Shown in pieces: positions 9,664-17,893 of a stretch of 35,389 bases of DNA (position 1 is the first letter of the stretch; the number at the start of each line of letters is the position of its first letter). The DNA is from a bacterium (lineage in GTDB: Bacteria; Zhuqueibacterota; Zhuqueibacteria; Zhuqueibacterales; Zhuqueibacteraceae), in NCBI GenBank assembly GCA_044869275.1, contig JBIOXB010000215.1:1-35389 (forward strand). Direction: 5' to 3'. Under the pieces are notes generated by a model. That model saw nothing but the letters and a program-made list of their open reading frames with translations. It did not search any database and had not been told where the DNA came from. A program made the translations under genes and the position numbers.

Positions 9664-10497
9664 TCAGCCAGGCGCTCCAACTTTTGCATCGACAAAGTTA
9701 ATAAATGCTGAGCACACAACGAGAAAAAATTTCGCGTCTTCAAATCCGATCTTTTCAGATTCTAACAAGGCATGTCGTATGCCGCCTTCGTCAGACGTAT
9801 AACCATAGAGATTGCTATAAGCAGTTTTTATCGCCGGGTGCAACCCTATCTCATTTTCAAGCTTCTTTAGCAGTTGTCCTAAGGTTCCTTTGTTCGTCCC
9901 TACCACTTTGATTACAAGACTTTCAACAGCAGAAATGGATTCCTTGATTGAGTTACGGTAGTCAGGAGCATTGCGATCAGAGATCAGCTCTAAGGCGCGG
10001 CGAAGATGTGTTTGTACCGGGCCCTGATTTCGCTCTAGCGCAAGCTCAATTTCTTCAATTTGCTCTCTTTCAATAATTCTGGAAATGAAGCCATCTACGA
10101 ATCGATACGCTGAAACTTCTTTCTCAAGAGTTGCATTGCAGTTTTCAGTGAACTGTTCACGGAATTCATAACGACTATAGTTGTTTGCTACGAATTCAAT
10201 AAAATCGTAAACCTCAAACCATTCACATCCGAAAAAAAACTTTTTAAGTTCTATCAGAACTTTGGGCCAGTCCTTACTTAAATTATCAAGCGGTTTCTTG
10301 AAGAAATTAAACCAGAGTTTCTCACAAAGGAGTTTAATTCCATGATTTGATTCAACTAACAAATTACTATGGCGAGCGTCGTTCCATACATGTATTTTAA
10401 GTAGGTTCCACAATGTATTACGCAACGGTTCATCTATTGACTCCAATTGAACAAGCTCGCGGACCTTCTTGTGGCCGTATCTCTCCGAGAAACGCAT
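9664..10497 (-). CDS. AbiJ-NTD4-like domain protein with a HEPN-like C-terminus (putative defence protein)
   Basis: N-terminus MRFSERYG...LRNTLWN, WFEVYDFIEF, and C-terminal DYRNSIKESISAVES...LYGYTSDEGGIRHA. Visibly AT-richer than its flanks. Family recognised from memory of the motif pattern. Confidence 0.7.
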   Translation of the reverse strand: MRFSERYGHKKVRELVQLESIDEPLRNTLWNLLKIHVWNDARHSNLLVESNHGIKLLCEKLWFNFFKKPLDNLSKDWPKVLIELKKFFFGCEWFEVYDFIEFVANNYSRYEFREQFTENCNATLEKEVSAYRFVDGFISRIIEREQIEEIELALERNQGPVQTHLRRALELISDRNAPDYRNSIKESISAVESLVIKVVGTNKGTLGQLLKKLENEIGLHPAIKTAYSNLYGYTSDEGGIRHALLESEKIGFEDAKFFLVVCSAFINFVDAKVGAPG

Positions 10498-10523
10498 ACA
10501 TTTTCCTAACTGCCGAAAGAATA

Positions 10524-11894
10524 TTAAATCAATCTCGCCAGCGCGTCATCCACTTTTTCCACCGGCAGCACTTCGATGCCGAACGGCGTTTGCAGGCCTT
10601 TGAGCGAAAACTTCGGAATGACGGCGGACTTGAATCCAAGCTTGGCAGCTTCGCTCAAGCGCTTTTCCATTTGCGCGACCGCGCGCACCTCGCCGCCCAG
10701 GCCGACTTCGCCAACGATGATCACTCGCGGATCGAGCACGGCGTTGCGTACGGAGGAGGCAGCGGCGACCATGATGCCGAGATCCGCTGCCGGTTCATCG
10801 ATACGCACGCCGCCCGCGACATTCACGAACACATCGAAGGTGCCGACACGTATGCCGACGCGTTTTTCCAAAACTGCCAGCAGCAGCGCCAATCTTTTGC
10901 CGTCGATGCCGTTCGCCACGCGTTGCGGCATGCCGTAGCTGCTGGGTGTGAGCAAGGCCTGCACTTCAACCAGGATCGGGCGCGAGCCTTCCATCGTGCA
11001 AATCACGGCCGATCCGGAAATATCGTCCTTCCGCTGCGAGAGAAAGATTTCCGAAGGATTGGCGACTTCGTGCAGGCCGTCTTGCCGCATCTCGAATACA
11101 CCGATTTCGCGCGTGCCGCCGAAGCGGTTTTTCACCGAGCGCAAAATGCGAAACATGTGATCGCGGTCGCCTTCGAATTGCAGCAAGGTGTCGACCATGT
11201 GTTCCAAAACCTTCGGGCCGGCGAGGTAGCCGTCTTTGGTGACGTGGCCCACGAGAAAGATCGCGACGTTGTTCGCCTTCGCCGTATTCAGAAACGCAAG
11301 CGCGCACTCGCGCACCTGGCTGACGCTGCCCGGCGGGCTCTCGAATTCCGCGCGATAAATGGTTTGAATCGAATCCACCACCACCAGCCGGGGCTGCAGT
11401 TGTTTGACCGCCGCCAGGATTTCATCGAGATTGGTTTCGGCTTGAATGTACAGATGCGCCGCATCCAGTCCCAACCGGCTCGCGCGCATTTTGGTTTGGG
11501 CGGCAGATTCCTCGCCGGTAACGTAGAGCACCGGCGTTTCGGCCTTCGCCAGCGCCGCTGCTTCCTGCAACAACAACGTCGATTTGCCGATGCCGGGATC
11601 GCCGCCGAAAAGGATCAAAGAACCGGGAACGACGCCGCCGCCGAGCACGCGATTGAGCTCATGGCTTTTGCACAACAAGCGCTGGTTGTGGTCTTCGGTG
11701 ATCTCGCGCAAGGGCAGTGGGCGATTCGGCTCGGCCGCGTGACCGGCCGGGGCGCGCCTGCTCGGAACGGCGAATTTTTCCTCTACAAAAGAATTCCACG
11801 CGTCGCATTCCGGGCACTTTCCCAGCCACCGCAAGCTGCGATGGCCGCAGCTCTGGCAAACGAATTGCGTGACTTCTTTTTTCAAGCGCGCCAT
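10524..11894 (-). CDS. radA: DNA repair protein RadA/Sms
   Basis: Zinc finger CQSC...CPEC, Walker A GDPGIGKST, KNRFG motif and Lon-like C-terminal domain. Confidence 0.97.
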   Translation of the reverse strand: MARLKKEVTQFVCQSCGHRSLRWLGKCPECDAWNSFVEEKFAVPSRRAPAGHAAEPNRPLPLREITEDHNQRLLCKSHELNRVLGGGVVPGSLILFGGDPGIGKSTLLLQEAAALAKAETPVLYVTGEESAAQTKMRASRLGLDAAHLYIQAETNLDEILAAVKQLQPRLVVVDSIQTIYRAEFESPPGSVSQVRECALAFLNTAKANNVAIFLVGHVTKDGYLAGPKVLEHMVDTLLQFEGDRDHMFRILRSVKNRFGGTREIGVFEMRQDGLHEVANPSEIFLSQRKDDISGSAVICTMEGSRPILVEVQALLTPSSYGMPQRVANGIDGKRLALLLAVLEKRVGIRVGTFDVFVNVAGGVRIDEPAADLGIMVAAASSVRNAVLDPRVIIVGEVGLGGEVRAVAQMEKRLSEAAKLGFKSAVIPKFSLKGLQTPFGIEVLPVEKVDDALARLI

Positions 11895-11993
11895 GTTGCC
11901 CCGGAGAGTTTTGCCCGCATTACGATTTTACGGACCGCGAATTTTATTGCATTACACCGGACGTGATTCGTAATGCGTAAATGCCGGCTTAGT

Positions 11994-12022
11994 AAAATAT
12001 TGATTTCGACTTCGAAAGTCAA
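11994..12022 (-). promoter_or_regulatory. Putative sigma70 promoter of radA
   Basis: Minus strand TTGACT-17 nt-TATTTT. The spacer contains the imperfect palindrome tttcga-ct-tcgaaa. Confidence 0.5.
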
Positions 12023-12092
12023 GGCGTTCGTAAGCGTGAAAACGGCACCTCGTGGCGGCATTTATTTTTTGACCCCCAAAAACAGCTCGCGT

Positions 12093-12668
12093 TCATAAAT
12101 TCATCAATTCCTGTCCCAGGCGCCTGCGCACGTTATTCACATGATGCAGGTTGTGATAGAGCGTGAAAAAAATCATTTCCCGAATAGTCAGCTTGCCGAG
12201 CAGGGGATGGGGCAGTTGCAGGAGATCCAGATCTTTTTCCTGCCATCCGCCCAGCGCTGCGAGCAGCCCTGCTCCTGCTGCTTCCCATTTGTGCAAAATC
12301 TCAGCACGTGCCCCGGCAAGATTTATCGGCGCCTCCCGCTCGCTCGGCACAAACTGTTTCGGCGCTTTTGCGCCTTTGGCAAGCTCGCGGCGGTAATCTT
12401 CTTTGAGTTGCTGAAATCGGCGCGAGGGCTGGCGTGCGGCGCCAAAGAGCGGTTGCAAGACGAAGCGAGGCAGCCGCAATCCCATCGCGACCGGGCGCAC
12501 CGATTTGATCAAATGCACCAAATTTTCCACCGGCGACCAAGCCCCTTCCGGCCGGTCAAAGAAAACGCGCTCCGGCAGGGCGGCAAAATAATCTGCGACC
12601 TCCCGATTCACCTCCGCCAGCGCATGCAAAAGCTCTTGCTTGACAAAAGGATCACGCCATGCGATCAT
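12093..12668 (-). CDS. DinB family protein
   Basis: GAWSPVENLVHL and HPLLGKLTIREMIFFTLYHNLHH, the histidine-triad pattern of the DinB/YfiT fold. Confidence 0.85.
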   Translation of the reverse strand: MIAWRDPFVKQELLHALAEVNREVADYFAALPERVFFDRPEGAWSPVENLVHLIKSVRPVAMGLRLPRFVLQPLFGAARQPSRRFQQLKEDYRRELAKGAKAPKQFVPSEREAPINLAGARAEILHKWEAAGAGLLAALGGWQEKDLDLLQLPHPLLGKLTIREMIFFTLYHNLHHVNNVRRRLGQELMNL

Positions 12669-12686
12669 CGTGTGAGCTGCTCCGGT

Positions 12687-13115
12687 TCAACGTTGCGGCA
12701 TTTTAGGCAACAGCATGTAGGTGACTTGCGCCACGGCGATGTGCTTGTTCCCGGCGTCGAAGAGATCGACGGCCACCGGGCACAGGGTCTTGCCGAGCTT
12801 GATGACCTTCGCCTGGGCGCGGGCGGTGCTCAGGCACGGCGCGAGAAAGCGAATGTTCATGTCGGTCGTGGTCATGATCTGTTCCGGCCCGGTTTGCGTC
12901 ATGATGGCAAAGCAGGCGGCGGAATCGGCGAGCGTCATCAGCAAGCCGCCGTGAAAAGAGGCAAACACGCCGTCATATTCGAGCTTGCGCGGCACGGCGA
13001 CTTCACAATAGCCTTCGGTCAGAGTGACGATCTTCATCTGCAAGGTGTCAAAGATCGGAACCCTGCTGACGCGCGCCAGAATCGCGTTTTGCAAATCGTT
13101 GGAAAGCATGGCCAT
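12687..13115 (-). CDS. PaaI family (hotdog-fold) thioesterase
   Basis: FHGGLLMTLADSA motif and TTDMNIRFLAP; 142 aa. Confidence 0.88.
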   Translation of the reverse strand: MAMLSNDLQNAILARVSRVPIFDTLQMKIVTLTEGYCEVAVPRKLEYDGVFASFHGGLLMTLADSAACFAIMTQTGPEQIMTTTDMNIRFLAPCLSTARAQAKVIKLGKTLCPVAVDLFDAGNKHIAVAQVTYMLLPKMPQR

Positions 13116-13164
13116 TCCTACTGGTTAACTTGAAACCCTACAGGCAACTCCAAAGCAAAGGCCC

Positions 13165-13258
13165 TTGACCATGGATGACTCAGATGAAACGGATTCTCAC
13201 AGATTTTCAGTCTTGGGCTTTATCTGGGTCAATCCGTTCAATCCGTGGTCAAAAAATG
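13165..13258. repeat. Palindromic element built of ~9-nt GGAT/ATCC units
   Basis: ttgaccatggat (13165-13176) pairs 11/12 with atccgtggtcaa (13241-13252). Left units are atggatgac|tcagatgaa|acggattct and right units are atctgggtca|atccgttca|atccgtggtc. Confidence 0.7.
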
Positions 13259-13285
13259 GCGGGGAAACTTTCACAATTCCATTCT

Positions 13286-13388
13286 GAGTCTGTTCGGCTA
13301 AGCGCTTAAGTTTGCAGCTGAAGATTGGGGAACTCATGCCAGCACCTGAACTGCAAGCAGGAAAATGTATTAAACTTCGAGCAGGCTC
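13286..13388. mobile_element. Possible degenerate MITE
   Basis: Terminal inverted repeats gagtctgttcg / cgagcaggctc (9/11) and an inner ttgcag/ctgcaa pair; no clear target-site duplication. Confidence 0.3.
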
Positions 13389-13403
13389 GCAACGGTAAAG
13401 TTT

Positions 13404-13706
13404 TTGGCATTGCTTTTTGAAACGAGTTCCGATACTTTACATATTCATTCATGGGAAGAGCAATATGATTTTGGAAAAGGGGGGATTAATTGCGATACCC
13501 TGGCTGGCATTCTGCGCCGGACGGGCTGTGATCAAGGGCATGCTTCATTGAGTATTTTCAAAACCGACCCTTCAACGCGGGCGCGGCCACGAATCCAATT
13601 TGGCAGCGCGCACCTGCATGCCGAAGATTACTACACCGGGACCGAGGCGGCGGCAGTCGCGGAAATGCGTAAAAGAATAAATCACTACCTGCAGGAAATA
13701 AAGTGA
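13404..13706 (+). CDS. Hypothetical protein or frameshifted small gene
   Basis: The C-terminal half looks protein-like (HLHAEDYYTGTEAAAVAEMRKRINHYLQEIK). However, the best RBS plus ATG (ggaagag...ATG 13465) is in a different frame. Confidence 0.3.
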   Translation: MALLFETSSDTLHIHSWEEQYDFGKGGINCDTLAGILRRTGCDQGHASLSIFKTDPSTRARPRIQFGSAHLHAEDYYTGTEAAAVAEMRKRINHYLQEIK

Positions 13707-13742
13707 GCGCAATGAATCTTGTGCTTGCAGAAGGGATTCATC

Positions 13743-14843
13743 ATGGCTGAAAACACGTGGCAGGATTTGGGCATCGTGGAAGAATTTCAAGGCCGGCCTT
13801 TAACGGAAGTCACGGTCGGGCGAAATAAAATCGCGATCTCGTTTGTGAATGGGATATTTGGTGCGATTTCAGGCGCGTGCAATCACGTGGGCGGGCCGCT
13901 GGGGCAAGGACGGCTGGAGGGTGAATTCGTCACGTGTCCCTGGCACAATTGGAAATTTCATCGGCAAAACGGCATGGGCGAGCCCGGTTTTGAAGAAGAC
14001 AGAGTGCCGAGTTACGAAATCAAAGTGGAAAATGGCCATCTTTTTCTGCGGCTGGAACCGTTGACGCAGCGACACAAGAAGCTACATGCACCGCATCCGC
14101 TGTCAAGGCCGATCCATCGTGAAGAAGGGCCGCTGCGAGTGGCGGGCATTTCCACGACGAATTTCGATCGCCACCATCCGCGTTTTTCTACTTCTGAAGC
14201 TTTGTTGCAAATTGCGCTGCAGCATGCGCAAACCGATTTGGCTTGTGAAACCAAGCTCCTCCGGTTGAGCGATCTGAATTTTCGCCATTGCGAAGGCTAT
14301 TATTCCAAAAGCGCGCAGGCCTGCACCTGGCCGTGTTCGATCACGCAAATGGATGCGCAAGATGAAATGGCAGAAGTCTATGAAGCACTGGTGTTCTGGT
14401 GTGATGTGCTGATTCTGGCAACGCCGATTCGCTGGGGCCAGGCCAGTTCTCTGTTTTTCAAAATGACGGAGCGTTTGAACTGCGTGCAAAATCAAGTCAC
14501 CATTCGCGACCGCGTGCTGCTGCGCAACAAAGTGGCGAGCTTCATCATCACCGGTGGGCAGGACAACGTGCAGGGGGTCGCGGGGAATCTGCTCACTTTC
14601 TTTTCGGAATTGGGTTTTTATTTTCCGCAGTTCCCCTTCATCGCGCATTCGCGCGGCTGGGCCGCCGAAGACATGGAGCGCAACGTCAGCCATGTGATGA
14701 ACAGCGCCGAGCTGCGCGAGGGCGCGAAAGCATTGACCGGCCGCGCGGTGGAAATGGCGCAGCTTCTGCTTGCGCGCGACAAAATCATCGACCGCACAGC
14801 ACGCGGCGGCCGCAAGGCGCACAAATTGGAAGTGATGGCATGA
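13743..14843 (+). CDS. Rieske [2Fe-2S] ferredoxin fused to an NADPH-dependent FMN reductase / iron-sulfur flavoprotein domain
   Basis: Rieske ligands CNH...CPWH; flavodoxin-like domain with CEGYYSKSAQACTWPCSIT, ATPIRWG and ITGGQD. ATG at 13743. Confidence 0.85.
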   Translation: MAENTWQDLGIVEEFQGRPLTEVTVGRNKIAISFVNGIFGAISGACNHVGGPLGQGRLEGEFVTCPWHNWKFHRQNGMGEPGFEEDRVPSYEIKVENGHLFLRLEPLTQRHKKLHAPHPLSRPIHREEGPLRVAGISTTNFDRHHPRFSTSEALLQIALQHAQTDLACETKLLRLSDLNFRHCEGYYSKSAQACTWPCSITQMDAQDEMAEVYEALVFWCDVLILATPIRWGQASSLFFKMTERLNCVQNQVTIRDRVLLRNKVASFIITGGQDNVQGVAGNLLTFFSELGFYFPQFPFIAHSRGWAAEDMERNVSHVMNSAELREGAKALTGRAVEMAQLLLARDKIIDRTARGGRKAHKLEVMA

Positions 14844-15346
14844 AGTTATATGTGCTGAAAGCCCGACAAGAATTGCCCATTCCTTTGACCACCGCCTGGG
14901 AGTTCTTTTCTAACCCGCGCAATCTCGCCGACATTACGCCGCCCTGGCTGGGTTTTCGCGTGACTTCCGACTTGCCGCAAAGAATGTATCCGGGCATGAT
15001 CATCTCTTATCAAGTCCGGCCATTCGGCAACCTCCCGGTGAATTGGATGACGGAAATCACGCACGTGCAGGAGCCGTTCCTGTTCGTGGATGAGCAACGC
15101 TTCGGGCCCTATCGGCTGTGGCATCATCAACACTTCTTCAGGGAGTTTTCGGGCGGCGTGGAAATGATCGATCTCGTGCATTATGTTTTGCCTTATGGCG
15201 TGTTCGGCCGGTTGCTGCACCGCTTCCACCTGGCCGCGCGACTGCGCGAGATTTTCAATTTCCGGCAAGCACGGCTGGAACAATTTTGGGGCCGCGGGAC
15301 AACGGATCAGAAATACGTGAGACTACATGACTCCCTGCTGCGTTAG
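14840..15346 (+). CDS. SRPBCC (START-like) family protein
   Basis: AWEFFSNPRNLADITP, WMTEITHV and FVDEQRFGPYRLWHHQHFF; ATGA overlap with the upstream gene. Confidence 0.88.
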   Translation: MKLYVLKARQELPIPLTTAWEFFSNPRNLADITPPWLGFRVTSDLPQRMYPGMIISYQVRPFGNLPVNWMTEITHVQEPFLFVDEQRFGPYRLWHHQHFFREFSGGVEMIDLVHYVLPYGVFGRLLHRFHLAARLREIFNFRQARLEQFWGRGTTDQKYVRLHDSLLR

Positions 15347-15452
15347 TGCACTGCGACCTAAAAAAGCTAAATCGACATTTGCCCTGATTGCATCTTGGGC
15401 TTCTGTTTTCAACTTAACGTTGTGGTGTTCAGGAATGACCTCTAAACAGGTG

Positions 15453-15944
15453 TCATTTCACATTTTCCTCAAACACACCCAGCTCGCGATTTTTTTGGAC
15501 ATTATTCCAGGCGAAATACCTCCCATTCATGGCAAGGTACACGCCGTGCGGCAAGGCCTGCACGAAAGACACTGCGCTGCCTAAATTGAACAAGCCGTCC
15601 GAACTGCCGAAGGCGTAGGGGATCATCGCGCCGGTGAGCACGATGGCTTTGTCGGGAACGTTTTCTGCCAGGGCCCTCGCGGTTTCAACCATCGTGTCCG
15701 TCCCGTGCGTGATGACGATTTTTTCTTCCGAACATTTCTTGCAATGCGCGACAATCAGAGCACGATCAGCGTCTGTCATATCCAGGCTGTCGATCATCAT
15801 CAAAGTGGTGACTTCGACCTCGAGCCGGCAGCGGCCGAGCTTCAGCATCTCAGGCACGTGCGTCTCTTTGAAAAAAAGCCGGCCGGTAATTTCATCGTAT
15901 TCCTTGTCGAACGTTCCGCCGGTCACGAAAACCCTGATGGTCAT
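15453..15944 (-). CDS. Short asparaginase (N-terminal catalytic domain only)
   Basis: TGGTFDK, IDSLDM, ITHGTDTM and VLTGAM motifs; 163 aa. Confidence 0.88.
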   Translation of the reverse strand: MTIRVFVTGGTFDKEYDEITGRLFFKETHVPEMLKLGRCRLEVEVTTLMMIDSLDMTDADRALIVAHCKKCSEEKIVITHGTDTMVETARALAENVPDKAIVLTGAMIPYAFGSSDGLFNLGSAVSFVQALPHGVYLAMNGRYFAWNNVQKNRELGVFEENVK

Positions 15945-15983
15945 GAGTTTCCCATTCTCGCAATCAACGAATTGTTGGGGAGA

Positions 15984-16074
15984 TGGATTGTTGGATTACT
16001 GGATTACTGGATCACGCTTCTCCATAATTCCATCAATCCGTCAATCCATAAATCCAATAATCCAATAATCCAAC
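15984..16074. repeat. Palindromic tandem repeat with 8-nt period (TGGATTAC / AATCCAAT), possibly acting as a terminator or RNA-stability hairpin
   Basis: tggattgt|tggattac|tggattac|tggatcac followed by the inverted array aatccgtc|aatccata|aatccaat|aatccaat|aatccaac, between patA and the asparaginase gene. Confidence 0.85.
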
Positions 16075-17538
16075 CTAATTCCTCCCATCGCGCACTTCGC
16101 GCAACGTGTCTTCCAGGCGATTCAAAATTTCATCGATCAACAGATCCGGAATATTGAGCGCCGGTTCGAACCGCACGGTTTCAGAGTTGCTCATCGTGCC
16201 TGCCACGAGAACACCCTTGCGGAACAGGCGCGAGACCATTTGCCAGCCCAGCGCCGCGCTCCGGAACTGCATCCCGAGCAGGAGGCCCTTGCCGCGTGCT
16301 TCGGCAATGATTTCACCGTAACGCTCTTTGAGTCTCTGCATTTCCGACAACATGTAGGCGCCTTTGCGCGCGGCCTGGCCGGGCAAATCTTCCTCCAGCG
16401 TGACCATGATGGCGGCGATACCCGCGGCGCATGCCAGGGGATTGCCTCCGGTCGTGGAAGAATGCACTTGCGGGTCTTTTTCAAAGACCGACCAGATTTT
16501 CGGCGTGGAAACGAACGCGGCCAGCGGCATCACGCCGCCGCCAAGCGCTTTGCCGAGACATAGAATGTCCGGCTCGACGTTCCAATGCTCGACGGCAAAC
16601 ATTTTCCCCGTGCGGCCCAGCCCGGTTTGCACTTCGTCGGCGATGAGCAACACGCTGTAGCGCGTGCAGATTTCGCGCACCCTGGGCCAGTAATCCTCCG
16701 GCGGAACGATCGCGCCGGCCTCGCCTTGTATCGGCTCGAGCACCAATGCGGCAATCGGCCATCCGATTTTATTGGCCTTCTCCACTTCGAACTCCAGCTC
16801 ATCCGCATCGCCGAATTCCACGAAGGTGACATCAGCCAGCAGCGGCTCGAAAGCTTTGCGGTAGCGCAGCTTGCCCATCAAGCTGAGCGAGCCCAGCGAT
16901 TTGCCGTGAAACGCACCCAGCGAGCTCATGAAGCCGTGCTGGCCGGTGTAAGCGCGCGCGAGCTTCATCGCGCCTTCCACCGCATCCGTGCCGTTGTTGA
17001 TGAGAAAACTGTACTGCAGTTTCCCCGGCGTGATCTCCGCCAGGATTTTGGAAAGCGCGCCACGCAGCGGATCCAGCAATTCCTGGCTCGAAAGCGGATT
17101 GCGCTGCAATTGCGCGGCGACAGCTTTCACGATTTTGGGATGGCGAATGCCGGCATTGTAAAGGCCGTAACCGCCGAGGCAATCAATATACTCGCGGCCG
17201 AGAGTATCCCAAAATTTCGACGCCTGCCCCATCCATTCCACACACGCATATTCGCCCGCGGCGGAAACGGATTTGCGCGCATTGCCCCATTCTTTGTTGA
17301 CATAGTGCACGTGATTTTGCAGCGTCTCTTCGATAAGCTGGCGATGTTCTCTTTCATCGAGAACGACGCCGGAAATAATCTCCATCCACTTGCGGCATTC
17401 TTGCTTGATTTCCTCCGTCCGCAGCGCGGACGGGTCTTGTTCAGTACTTCTATTTATAAGCGGCGCTTTTTTGGGATCGTGATTCGCGCGAACACTCCGA
17501 GCCGGAGTGGCTGGGGCTGGCATGGGAGTAATGTACAT
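16075..17538 (-). CDS. patA: Putrescine aminotransferase (class III PLP enzyme, YgjG-like)
   Basis: RKSVSAAGEYACVEW, IDCLGGYG, SQELLDPLR, TPGKLQYSF, GAFHGKSLGSLS, ADEVQTG and PDILCLGKALGGG closely follow E. coli YgjG/PatA as recalled. ATG 17538 has an AAGGAG RBS. Confidence 0.88.
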   Translation of the reverse strand: MYITPMPAPATPARSVRANHDPKKAPLINRSTEQDPSALRTEEIKQECRKWMEIISGVVLDEREHRQLIEETLQNHVHYVNKEWGNARKSVSAAGEYACVEWMGQASKFWDTLGREYIDCLGGYGLYNAGIRHPKIVKAVAAQLQRNPLSSQELLDPLRGALSKILAEITPGKLQYSFLINNGTDAVEGAMKLARAYTGQHGFMSSLGAFHGKSLGSLSLMGKLRYRKAFEPLLADVTFVEFGDADELEFEVEKANKIGWPIAALVLEPIQGEAGAIVPPEDYWPRVREICTRYSVLLIADEVQTGLGRTGKMFAVEHWNVEPDILCLGKALGGGVMPLAAFVSTPKIWSVFEKDPQVHSSTTGGNPLACAAGIAAIMVTLEEDLPGQAARKGAYMLSEMQRLKERYGEIIAEARGKGLLLGMQFRSAALGWQMVSRLFRKGVLVAGTMSNSETVRFEPALNIPDLLIDEILNRLEDTLREVRDGRN

Positions 17539-17683
17539 ATTACGCTCCTTTCCCGAAGTTGCGATTCTAAGCTGGCACAAGCGTTGAAATTGTTTTTTGC
17601 GGCTGCGCTTGAAGATACCTATCCCTTGCGGATGAAGGTGCCACGCAAAGGTTGAGGAATGAAGAGAAATAGGGAAAGGGAAT

Positions 17684-17851
17684 TCAACCAAACTTCAGCA
17701 GGTCACGGTAGAAGAACTTCTCGTCGTAAAAAACGCGGAAGAGAACGGGGGTAATGGATTGCAGCAACCAGGTGCCGATCGGCTGGCCTTCCGAGTTCCG
17801 CATCCTTTGCACGCTGGTAATGGCGTAGGGATTTTCGATTTTGCGCTTCAT
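17684..17851 (-). CDS. Putative 55-aa small protein / leader peptide upstream of patA
   Basis: MKRKIENPYAITSVQRMRNSEGQPIGTWLLQSITPVLFRVFYDEKFFYRDLLKFG*; the ATG lies about 40 nt downstream of a good promoter. Confidence 0.45.
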   Translation of the reverse strand: MKRKIENPYAITSVQRMRNSEGQPIGTWLLQSITPVLFRVFYDEKFFYRDLLKFG

Positions 17852-17893
17852 GTTAGTAGTCTCAATTTGACAGGTCCAATGTGGCGCAATTGT

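Noticed and set aside
9586..9680. attC site downstream of the AbiJ-like gene
   Set aside because: No RYYYAAC...GTTRRRY pair with an internal inverted repeat was found.
10413..11966. 517-aa plus-strand ORF
   Set aside because: Antisense shadow of radA with no recognisable motifs; expected in GC-rich coding DNA.
12141..13133. 330-aa plus-strand ORF
   Set aside because: Antisense to the DinB and PaaI genes, which carry clear motifs.
13405..13421. Sigma54-like motif tggcattgctttttga
   Set aside because: Spacing is one base off the strict GG-N10-GC/GA requirement.
15984..16074. Possible CRISPR array
   Set aside because: Units are 8 nt, contiguous and inverted. There are no 25-45 nt repeats with unique spacers and no cas genes.
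16585..17655. 356-aa plus-strand ORF
   Set aside because: Antisense shadow of patA.
17539..17691. ORF-track N-terminal extension of patA (and similar extensions at 18049, 19588, 20946, 6500 and 28222)
   Set aside because: Downstream ATGs have better RBS or overlap context and match where family similarity begins.
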